NCBI GenBank assembly: GCA_046758965.1
Contig: JBHIBG010000066.1
Span: 1-14,698, forward strand
DNA length: 14,698 bases
Source: Candidatus Methylomirabilia bacterium
GTDB taxonomy: Bacteria; Methylomirabilota; Methylomirabilia; Rokubacteriales; CSP1-6
Reading direction: 5' to 3'
Below, in pieces: positions 1-7,023 of this stretch (position 1 is the stretch's first letter; each line of letters starts with the position of its first letter). The position numbers were made by a program, and so were the translations under genes. A model generated the notes under the pieces. It was not told where the DNA came from and searched no databases. It saw only the letters and a list, made by a program, of their open reading frames with translations.

Positions 1-214
1 GGCCCAGGACGATCTCGTCCTTCGCCATCTGCCGCTCGGCGGCCGCGCCTGAGAGAAACGACGGGGCATCGATGGCACGGATGGCATCCGGGTCGAGGAC
101 TGCGTAGACTGGGGCGCCATCGATCTTCGGCGGTACCGACAAGGCCTTGAACTGCTGGGCGGCAGCTGGTCCCGCCGCGAGGAAGACCACGAGCAGCCGG
201 ATTGCGAACCTCAT
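1..214 (-). CDS. DUF3179 domain-containing (seleno)protein, exported, 5' part only (runs off window)
   Basis: Absent from the ORF track. Manual translation from ATG (CAT at 212-214; RBS GGAGGAGG = complement of 224-231) gives MRFAIRLLVVFLAAGPAAAQQFKALSVPPKIDGAPVYAVLDPDAIRAIDAPSFLSGAAAERQMAKDEIVLG. It has a signal peptide (AAA|Q) and the D-x-I-x-A-I-D-x-P-x-F ... E-x-V-L-G pattern typical of the DUF3179 N-terminus. Confidence 0.75.
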   Translation of the reverse strand, partial: MRFAIRLLVVFLAAGPAAAQQFKALSVPPKIDGAPVYAVLDPDAIRAIDAPSFLSGAAAERQMAKDEIVLG

Positions 215-368
215 CCTTCCAAACCTCCTCCCCATGTTATGAACCTTCGCTCGCCCGTCATTATTCCGGATCGCCGGAGCGCCGATTCTCTCAAGCCCAA
301 GTGAGCTGGGGTGAGGGAGCCCGGTGGCATCGGTCGAGGGACCCGCCCGATTTGGCCACCCCGGGGGA

Positions 369-398
369 TTGCCGGAATCGGAGGCGGTCTGGTATTGT
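369..398 (+). promoter_or_regulatory. Putative sigma70 promoter for the crotonase operon
   Basis: TTGCCG (369-374), 18 nt spacer, TATTGT (393-398) with extended -10 TG at 390-391; about 35 nt upstream of the ATG at 433. Confidence 0.4.
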
Positions 399-432
399 GG
401 GGGGCACCCCGCCACCATTTCCGGAGGGCGCC

Positions 433-1221
433 ATGTCTGACGCTGTGCTCGTGACACAGTCGGAGGGAGTTCGGACGCTCACGCTGAACCGTCCCGGCTC
501 ACTGAACGCGTTCTCATTGGACGTCATGGGAGTCTTTGCGGACCGGCTGGAAGAGGCGGCCGCCGACCCAGAAACGCGGGTGGTGGTGATCACCGGCGCT
601 GGCAACGCCTTTTCGACGGGCGGCGACATCACGTTCCTCCGAGAGCTGCCCACCATGCCGCCTGCGCGCGCCAAGGAAGTCGTCTACGGCATCTTCCAGC
701 GGGCCCCGCGCGCGATCCGCTCCATGGAGAAGCCGGTCATCGCGGCCGTCAACGGGGCAGCGGTGGGCGCCGGCTGTGAGATCGCCCTCGCGTGTGACTT
801 CCGCGTCGCTTCGGAGACGGCACGCTTCGGCGAGGTCTGGATCAAGCTGGGGTGTGTCCCCGCGCTGGGAGGCATGTTCCTCCTCCCCCGCATCGTGGGC
901 CTCACCAAGGCCACCGAGCTTATCCTCACGGGGGAGATCATCGACGCGCAGGAGGCCCTCCGCATCGGCCTGGTCAACAAGGTTGTTCCTTCTGCGGATC
1001 TCCCACGCGCGGCTCGAGAGCTGGCCAGGATCCTGGCCCGTGGCCCTGCCCGGGCGCTCGCCGTCGCCAAGGCGGCGCTGAACCGCGGGCTCGCCTCGGA
1101 CCTGTGGGCGGAGCTGGAGACCACCGTTGATGCCCAGATCATGTGCTTTGCCACCCGCGACTTCGCCGAGGGGGTGCGGGCCCTGCTAGAAAAGCGCCAA
1201 CCGAAATTTACGGGAGAGTGA
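433..1221 (+). CDS. Enoyl-CoA hydratase/isomerase (crotonase superfamily)
   Basis: True start is ATG 433 after GGAGG (MSDAVLVTQSEGVRTLTLNRP). Motifs AFSTGGDI, KPVIAAVNGAAVGAGCEIALACDFR, IDAQEALRIGLVN and the canonical C-terminus DFAEGVRALLEKRQPKFTGE. Confidence 0.93.
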   Translation: MSDAVLVTQSEGVRTLTLNRPGSLNAFSLDVMGVFADRLEEAAADPETRVVVITGAGNAFSTGGDITFLRELPTMPPARAKEVVYGIFQRAPRAIRSMEKPVIAAVNGAAVGAGCEIALACDFRVASETARFGEVWIKLGCVPALGGMFLLPRIVGLTKATELILTGEIIDAQEALRIGLVNKVVPSADLPRAARELARILARGPARALAVAKAALNRGLASDLWAELETTVDAQIMCFATRDFAEGVRALLEKRQPKFTGE

Positions 1222-1227
1222 TTTAGG

Positions 1228-2319
1228 ATGGAGGGTTCCCATAAGGAGACGGCCGTCGTGCAACAGCAGATCGACCAGCAGCGGGTCCAGCAATTCGCCG
1301 GGAAACTCCTGAGCATCTACACGGGGAGCGCCCTCACCAAGTTGGTAGACATCGGCTACCAGACCGGGCTGTTCGAGGCCGCGGCCAAGGGGCCGGGAAC
1401 CAGCCAGGGGATTGCGGAGCGGGCCGGGCTCAACGAACGGTACGTGCGCGAGTGGCTCGGCGCGATGACGACCGGCGGGATCTTCGCGTACGATGCGGCA
1501 ACTCGCACCTTTTCCCTTCCGCCGGAGCATGCTGCGCTCCTCACCGGTGATACCGCACGGAACTTCGCACCGATGAGCCAGATGCTCGACCACCTCGGGA
1601 AGCATCTGCCTGAGCTCGCGCACTGTTTCCGGCATGGGGGCGGCGTCTCCTATTCAGCGTTCCGGCCGGAGTTTACCGAGCGGATGGATGACCTGTGTCG
1701 CCGCATCTATGACGACCAACTCATCAGCGGCTTCCTTGGCGCAGTGGGCGGCATTCAGGAGCGACTCAAGAGCGGGGTTCGCGTGGCGGACATCGGGTGT
1801 GGAAGCGGCCACGCCGTCAATCTCATGGCGCGCGAATACCCCGACTCTCGCTTCGTCGGCTATGATATCGCGGACGACGCGATCGCCAAGGCGACTGCGG
1901 AGGCCGGCGCGATGGGATTGTCGAACAGCCGCTTCCAGGTGCTGGATGTTACCAAGCTTCCTGCAGAGCCCAAGTTTGACCTCATCACGGCCTTTGATGC
2001 GGTTCACGACCAGGTGGATCCGGCAGCCGTCCTCGGTCGTGTGAGCGACGCCCTCGCGCCGGAGGGCACCTTCCTGATGATCGACTTCAAGTTCTCCAGC
2101 AACGTGGAGGAGAACATCGACAACCCCTTCGCGCCGCTCTACTACGGGGTCAGCGTGATGCATTGCATGACGGTCTCGCTCGCGGAGGGGGGCGCGGGAC
2201 TCGGCACGGTGTGGGGAGAGCAGCTCGCGCGGCGCATGCTGGCGGAGGCGGGCTTCAGCCGTGTCGAGGTGGTCGATTGTCCACGTCCGCAAAACAGCAT
2301 CTACATCTGCCGCAAGTAG
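1228..2319 (+). CDS. Class I SAM-dependent methyltransferase with N-terminal winged-helix domain (Rv2258c-like)
   Basis: N-terminal IAERAGLNERYVREWLGAM wHTH; motif I VADIGCGSG; FDLITAFDAVHD; family tail SVMHCMTVSLAEGGAGLGTVWGE. Confidence 0.88.
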   Translation: MEGSHKETAVVQQQIDQQRVQQFAGKLLSIYTGSALTKLVDIGYQTGLFEAAAKGPGTSQGIAERAGLNERYVREWLGAMTTGGIFAYDAATRTFSLPPEHAALLTGDTARNFAPMSQMLDHLGKHLPELAHCFRHGGGVSYSAFRPEFTERMDDLCRRIYDDQLISGFLGAVGGIQERLKSGVRVADIGCGSGHAVNLMAREYPDSRFVGYDIADDAIAKATAEAGAMGLSNSRFQVLDVTKLPAEPKFDLITAFDAVHDQVDPAAVLGRVSDALAPEGTFLMIDFKFSSNVEENIDNPFAPLYYGVSVMHCMTVSLAEGGAGLGTVWGEQLARRMLAEAGFSRVEVVDCPRPQNSIYICRK

Positions 2320-2430
2320 AGCCGCCGGGGCCGACGCGGTGGCCGCTGACGAACACGTGCGTGCAGATCGAAGTTCGGCGCGTTGCATGCGCAGATTGTT
2401 TTTGTGAATCTCGGTTCTGAGGAGGGAGCC

Positions 2431-3255
2431 ATGCCTACGGTGAGACTCAGGGACGCATCGGAGTATCCCGAGCCAGCGCGGAAGATGTTCGAGCTGTCGA
2501 AGAGCTGGTTCAATTGCGACTTCAAACAGCCGCCGGCGATGAGTCGGGTGATGGCCTGGGATCCCGAGTTCGGCCGCCCTCACGGTCGGGCGATGAGGCG
2601 AGCCGCCGCTCCGGGCGAGTTCACCCGGGCGGAGAAGGAGATGGTGGCGGCCGTCGTAAGCGGCGTCAACGCCTGCCCGTACTGAGTCCACGCCCACACT
2701 GCAGCCGGGAAGCTGCAGGGGATGACGGACGACGCGCTCTGGTACGAGGCTGCGCACGTGGTGGGAATCACCAATGCCCTGAACGTGGTGGCCGACGCTC
2801 TCGCCCCCGCCCCTGGCCAAAGCCCGCTCCTCGCTCCCGTTGGAGAGGCCGCCTCAGAGCCGGCGGTTGCGGCGCTCTTCACCGAGATCCGCGCCTTCTA
2901 CGACCGCCGCGACGTCCCCGTCGCGTTCCGGCTGGTCGCCCACGACCCCGGCTACCTGGGTGATCTGTGGGGAGCGACTCGCCACGCCTTCTCCGAAAAC
3001 CGGCTGTCGCGCCGGCTGAAAGAGGCGCTCGCGTTCGCCGTCTCCCTCACCACGCGCTCGGAGTTTGGCACGGGGTTTCACCTGGCGGAGATGCGGCGTC
3101 TGGGCGTCGGCGAGCGCGGGGTCATGGAGGTTCTGGGCGTGGCCCAGATGTTCTCGAGCTACACGAAGATCGCCGATACGCTCCAGCTCGAGTCGGACAT
3201 GGCGGAGCTGGCGCCCGTCGACGAATCTCCGGCGCCGGGAGGGGGTTCCCGCTGA
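2431..3255 (+). CDS. AhpD/carboxymuconolactone-decarboxylase-like tandem-domain protein with probable selenocysteine (CxxU, U85), 274 aa
   Basis: ORFs 2383..2685 and 2722..3255 share a frame and are separated by a single TGA (2683-2685). Readthrough gives EKEMVAAVVSGVNACPY-U-VHAHTAAGKLQG, matching the AhpD-family E-x-x-A-x-x-V-S-x-x-N-x-C-x-Y-C-x-x-x-H signature. Strong RBS GAGGAGGG precedes ATG 2431. Confidence 0.88.
2699..2718 (+). promoter_or_regulatory. Putative bacterial SECIS hairpin of the AhpD-like gene
   Basis: Perfect 7-bp stem CTGCAGC (2699-2705)/GCTGCAG (2712-2718) with loop CGGGAA (G at loop position 2). The stem starts 13 nt after the UGA. Confidence 0.7.
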
Positions 3256-3329
3256 TCTCGATGAGGGCTGGCCCGCCGGTGTTCGGGCGCCGTTCAAAAT
3301 AAGCCAGACCTGCTTTGATGGAGAGCCGC

Positions 3330-4487
3330 ATGGCCAATCGCTCCATCCGCGGCGCAGTGGTCGCTGGCGTCCACGAGTTTCCCGAGCGGAGGACCACGAA
3401 GAGCGCCCTGGAGATTCAGGCGCTCTCCGCCCGCGCCGCTCTTGCCGACGCGGGCGTGTCCATCAAGGACGTCGACGGCTACTTCACGGCCGCACCGGCA
3501 GGGGGGCTCGGTCCGCTGGCGATCCTCGATTACCTGAACCTCAACCCCCGCTACGTCGACGGCACCACCATCGGCGGAGCGTCCTTCGTCGCCCATGCCC
3601 ACCACGCCGCGGTGGCGATCGCGGAGGGGCGCTGCGACGTGGCCCTCATCACCTACGGGAGCACAGCGCGTTCTTCCGGGGTCGCTGTAGGAACACGGGA
3701 GCGGATCACGGGCGACTACCTGGACCAATTCGAAGGGATCTACGGCACGACGACGGTGGGGCTCTACGCCCTGGTTGCCCAGCGCCACATGTACGAGTAC
3801 GGCACGACGAGCGCCCAGCTGGCGGAGATTGCCGTGGCCTGCCGGCGTCATGCGACTCTCAATCCCGTAGCCCTGTACCGGGATCCGATCACCGTCGAGG
3901 ACGTCTTGCGCTCGCCGATGATCTCCTCGCCGCTCCGCCTCCTGGATTGCTGCGTGATCACCGACGGCGGAGGCGCTGTGGTGATGGTGAGTGCCGATCG
4001 CGCCCGAGACCTACGAAAGCCGCCGGTGAGGATCCTCGGCGCGGGTGAGGCCGTCGCCCACACCGCGGCCGGCAAGCGCAACTACCTCGTCTCCGCCGCT
4101 GCGCACTCCGCGCTGCGCGCCTTCGGAGAGGCCGGAGTATCCCATGATGACATCCAGGTGGCGATGATCTACGACTCGTTCACCATTACCGTTCTGATGA
4201 CGCTGGAGGATCTGGGCTTCTGCAAGAAGGGGGAAGGAGGTCGCTTTGTGGCGGGCGGCCGCCTGCAGCTGGGCGGCGGCTTGCCGACCAACACCGACGG
4301 CGGCGGCCTGTCGAGCAATCATCCCGGCATGCGCGGGATCTTCCTCGTGATCGAGGCGGTCAAACAGCTCCGTGGTGAGTGCGGCCCACGCCAGGTGAAG
4401 GAGTGCCGTGTCGCCTTGGTCCACGGAACGGGCGGCGCCCTCGGGAGCCGGCATTCCGGCGTGACGTTGATCCTGGGCCGGGACTAG
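3330..4487 (+). CDS. SCP-x/Ltp2-type thiolase-fold protein (thiolase-like, lacks the canonical N-terminal Cys)
   Basis: ATG 3330 after GGAG. Motifs GGASFV..A..AIAEGRCDV, LLDCCVITDGGGAVV, IYDSFTITVLMTLEDLGFCKKGEGG, PTNTDGGGLSSNHPGMRG; followed by a DUF35 partner. Confidence 0.88.
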   Translation: MANRSIRGAVVAGVHEFPERRTTKSALEIQALSARAALADAGVSIKDVDGYFTAAPAGGLGPLAILDYLNLNPRYVDGTTIGGASFVAHAHHAAVAIAEGRCDVALITYGSTARSSGVAVGTRERITGDYLDQFEGIYGTTTVGLYALVAQRHMYEYGTTSAQLAEIAVACRRHATLNPVALYRDPITVEDVLRSPMISSPLRLLDCCVITDGGGAVVMVSADRARDLRKPPVRILGAGEAVAHTAAGKRNYLVSAAAHSALRAFGEAGVSHDDIQVAMIYDSFTITVLMTLEDLGFCKKGEGGRFVAGGRLQLGGGLPTNTDGGGLSSNHPGMRGIFLVIEAVKQLRGECGPRQVKECRVALVHGTGGALGSRHSGVTLILGRD

Positions 4488-4521
4488 CGGTGTTCCAAGT
4501 GAATCGACCTCACGAGCACGC

Positions 4522-4725
4522 GCCGCGGGTCCTGTCTCGGAGAGCAGCCCCACGCTGCTCGCTCCCGCACGCTCGGCGGTCTGTCAGGACCCGTCGGCCG
4601 AGCGCAGTTCCAGGCCTGTTGAGAGGCGGCTCGCTCCGCGCCGTGGGGCGCCCCCGACCCGGATACGTTCCGTCTTCGACGGGTAACCGGGTGCCCGGCG
4701 CCGCCCGCGGCTGGTGGCCTAGGCG
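4522..4725 (+). repeat. ~200-bp structured intergenic repeat, copy 1 (MITE/REP-like or ncRNA)
   Basis: Aligns by hand to the reverse complement of 14495..14698 with about 21 differences in about 205 nt. Internal stems CGGGTCCTG/CAGGACCCG (4526-4534/4585-4593), GAGCAGC/GCTGCTC, and a long hairpin at 4640-4711. Confidence 0.9.
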
Positions 4726-4935
4726 GAACACGTTGGAGGCGCACTAATGCACGTCCAACGAATTGCAGCTAACCGGACAGAAAGCCCGATCTGTCCGGCC
4801 AAATAACGAGGAGCCGGCCGGAGGCGTGCCGGCCCAGCCCGTCTCGGGGGGGACTCGGTGCCCACAGAGGAATGGCGACGGCCGAGGACGAGGTCGGCGA
4901 CGTGAGCTGGAATGCCCCTGCTGGTGGAGGCGCGA

Positions 4936-5343
4936 GTGAGCGAGTACAGGAAGCCGCTGCCCACTATCACGACTGAATCCAGGCCATTTTGGGAGGCGTG
5001 CAGGCAGCACCAGCTTCTGGTCCAGCGCTGCCGCGGCTGCGGGGCCTTGCAGTACTACCCGCGCGGTGCCTGTGCCCGCTGCTGGAGCGAGGAGCTGGAG
5101 TGGCGGAAGAGCTCCGGTCGCGGGCGCGTCTATACCTTCACGGTCACGCATCGGACCCAAACCCAGGGGTTCAAGGATGAGGTGCCGTATGTCCTCGCCT
5201 ATGTGGAGCTTGAGGAGGGCGTGCAGGTTTTGACCAATCTTGTCGGCTGCGCACCCGAAGAGGTGCAGATCGGCATGCCGGTCGCCGTGGCGTTCGAGGA
5301 TGTGAGCGATGAGACGAGTATTCCGCGCTTTGCGCCGGCGTGA
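4936..5343 (+). CDS. DUF35 family Zn-ribbon + OB-fold protein (ChsH2-C-like thiolase partner)
   Basis: GTG 4936 after GGAGG. KPLP..T.ESRPFWEA...LLVQRCRGCG..YYPR..CARC Zn ribbon; SGRGRVYTFTV and PYVLAYVELEEGV OB fold. Confidence 0.92.
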   Translation: MSEYRKPLPTITTESRPFWEACRQHQLLVQRCRGCGALQYYPRGACARCWSEELEWRKSSGRGRVYTFTVTHRTQTQGFKDEVPYVLAYVELEEGVQVLTNLVGCAPEEVQIGMPVAVAFEDVSDETSIPRFAPA

Positions 5344-5352
5344 GGGGAGCCC

Positions 5353-5381
5353 TTGACGGAGTGCCTGGACGGACTTAGAGT
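5353..5381 (+). promoter_or_regulatory. Putative sigma70 promoter
   Basis: TTGACG (5353-5358), 17 nt spacer, TAGAGT (5376-5381), upstream of the CDS at 5423. Confidence 0.5.
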
Positions 5382-5422
5382 TCCAGGGGAGTTGGAGTGC
5401 TATCCGGCTGCGGGAGGATCCG

Positions 5423-5836
5423 ATGACTGACACAGTCCGGAAGGTGGAGTACTTCTACATCGAAGCCCCTGACAGGCCCGGAGAGGGGGCCAGAGCCCTG
5501 GCGGTTCTGAAGGAAGCACGGGTCGATCTCCTGGCCTTCTCGGGCTTCCCCAAGGGTCGGCGTTCCCAGCTGGATTTCGTCCCGGCTGACCCCGCGGCGT
5601 TCAAGGCCGCGGCCAGGAAAGCGAGGTGGAAGCTCAGCCCCCGCAAGATTGGCTTTCTGATTCAGGGGGAAGACCGGATCGGAGCTGTTGCCGACCACCT
5701 CGGCGCGCTGGCGGCCGCACGGATCAACGTCACCGCCACCGATGCTGTCTCGGCCGGAGGTGGACGCTACGGCGTGATCCTCTGGGTCAGGCCGCGCGAC
5801 GTGAAGCGCGCCGCCAAGGCGCTGGGTGCCGCGTAG
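5423..5836 (+). CDS. Tandem ACT-like domain protein
   Basis: RBS GGAGG. Two ACT-type repeats: DRPGEGARALAVLKEARVDLLAF and EDRIGAVADHLGALAAARINVTA. Confidence 0.75.
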   Translation: MTDTVRKVEYFYIEAPDRPGEGARALAVLKEARVDLLAFSGFPKGRRSQLDFVPADPAAFKAAARKARWKLSPRKIGFLIQGEDRIGAVADHLGALAAARINVTATDAVSAGGGRYGVILWVRPRDVKRAAKALGAA

Positions 5837-5872
5837 GCCGGCGTCACGCCTGAGAGGCGAGGAGATCGGGTG

Positions 5873-6151
5873 ATGCGCCTGAGTCTCCGTCGTGTTGCCA
5901 TGCTTGCCCTGGGCACGGTGGTTCTCCTCGGGGGAGCTGTGGGCTGCGCCCGGACGCCGGAGCGGTTGTGGTACAAGCCCGGGCAGCGGTATACGATGGA
6001 GGAGTTCGAGGGGGATCGGGCCGCCTGCACGCGGGAGGGGAAGCTGGATTTCGGGTGCATGCGCGCTCGAGGGTGGGTCGATGTGAGCGCCGGGGGTCGC
6101 CCTGCCGCACCCGAGCCGGAGCCCGAGCAGTCTCCAGTTCGGCCCTACTAG
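5873..6151 (+). CDS. Small hypothetical lipoprotein
   Basis: RBS GAGGAG. Basic N-terminus, hydrophobic stretch, lipobox-like AVG-C, then WYKPG..TMEEFEGDRAAC...CMRARGW (probable disulfide pair) and a Pro/Glu-rich tail. Confidence 0.65.
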   Translation: MRLSLRRVAMLALGTVVLLGGAVGCARTPERLWYKPGQRYTMEEFEGDRAACTREGKLDFGCMRARGWVDVSAGGRPAAPEPEPEQSPVRPY

Positions 6152-6305
6152 AGATCTGCCGCCGCATAATCGAGCGCCCGGAGCATCCCCGCCGCAGCCT
6201 TGAGCCGATACGGTTTGCCCGGCCGCTCCGCGGGCCACCGGGCAGATTGTCTCTCGAGCGGAAGAGGACAAACGCCTCCGGGGACCGGAGCGTCCGCCGG
6301 ATGGG

Positions 6306-6311
6306 TATAAT
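6306..6311 (+). promoter_or_regulatory. Putative -10 element for the HAD gene (near-leaderless transcript)
   Basis: Perfect TATAAT in a GC-rich genome, 12 nt upstream of ATG 6324, which has no SD. No clear -35. Confidence 0.4.
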
Positions 6312-6323
6312 AGAAATTCTTGA

Positions 6324-6956
6324 ATGAGAGCTCGCGGCACCATCCTCGGCGTCATCTTCGACTTCGGCGGCGTGATCTGGAACATGCGGTGGGATGTCTG
6401 CCGAGAGCTCGAGCACACCTACGGGCTCGCCCGGGGAGCGGTCTTCGAGACCCTCTATCGGACCGAGGCCTGGGAGGCCATCGAACGCGGGCGTGCCGAC
6501 ACCCGGGCCTGGCGAGAGCAGGCTCACCGGCTGCTGGAGGCCCGGGCGGGCCGCCCCCTTCCCGAGCTCCACGACGCCTGGCGGAACGCCCAGCACATGA
6601 TCGCGGAGAACGTGGCGCTGGTCCGCGCCCTCCGTCCGCCCTACCGGGTCGCGCTGCTGTCGAATGCGGATTCCTCGCTCCGCGAGCGCCTCCGCGACGG
6701 TCTGGGGATCGAGGATCTCTTCGACACGGTGGTCTGCTCGGCGGAGGTCGGGATGGCGAAGCCGGAGCCGGCGATCTATCGCCTGACGGCGCAGCGGCTC
6801 GGGCTGTCTCCCGAGGCATGCGTGTTCGTGGATGACCACGAGCCCAACGTGGCGGCAGCCGAACAGACGGGCATGCGCGGGGTGCTCTTCCGCATCGACC
6901 GGGGCCACGACCTCGCCGCCCTGCTGGCTCACGTGGGCGTAAGGCCCCGCGAGTGA
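6324..6956 (+). CDS. HAD-superfamily subfamily IA phosphatase (YihX / epoxide-hydrolase N-terminal-like)
   Basis: Motif I VIFDFGGVI, motif II ALLSN, motifs III/IV SAEVGMAKPEPAIY and CVFVDD..N..AA...GM. Confidence 0.9.
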   Translation: MRARGTILGVIFDFGGVIWNMRWDVCRELEHTYGLARGAVFETLYRTEAWEAIERGRADTRAWREQAHRLLEARAGRPLPELHDAWRNAQHMIAENVALVRALRPPYRVALLSNADSSLRERLRDGLGIEDLFDTVVCSAEVGMAKPEPAIYRLTAQRLGLSPEACVFVDDHEPNVAAAEQTGMRGVLFRIDRGHDLAALLAHVGVRPRE

Positions 6957-6999
6957 CAGTGGTCGCCGGCGTTCCGGGGAAGGGGACCCGGGCGGGAGG

Positions 7000-7008
7000 T
7001 GTTATGCT
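7000..7008 (+). promoter_or_regulatory. Putative extended -10 promoter for the YeeE-like gene
   Basis: TG-T-TATGCT at 7000-7008, 15 nt upstream of ATG 7024. Confidence 0.35.
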
Positions 7009-7023
7009 CTTCCAGAGGATTCT

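Noticed and set aside
202..432. 77-aa N-terminal extension of the crotonase in the ORF track
   Set aside because: It overlaps the divergent gene start and the promoter region; the RBS and family homology indicate ATG 433.
1219..1230. Crotonase TGA is in frame with the methyltransferase ATG (TGA TTT AGG ATG), suggesting a possible readthrough fusion
   Set aside because: PKFTGE is the canonical crotonase C-terminus, the position is not a conserved Cys, and I see no SECIS-like hairpin.
2375..2391. Sigma54-like GG-N10-GC upstream of the AhpD-like gene
   Set aside because: Flanking bases match TGGCAC/TTGC poorly, and such matches are expected by chance at this GC content.
4484..4747. Short ORFs over the repeat copies (4484..4744, 4510..4731, 14468..14665)
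   Set aside because: Frames are not conserved between copies (indels) and the composition is low-complexity Arg/Pro/Gly.
4731..4800. Complete integron attC site or CRISPR array
   Set aside because: No downstream GTTRRRY partner at a suitable distance, no integrase, no regularly spaced direct repeats and no cas genes.
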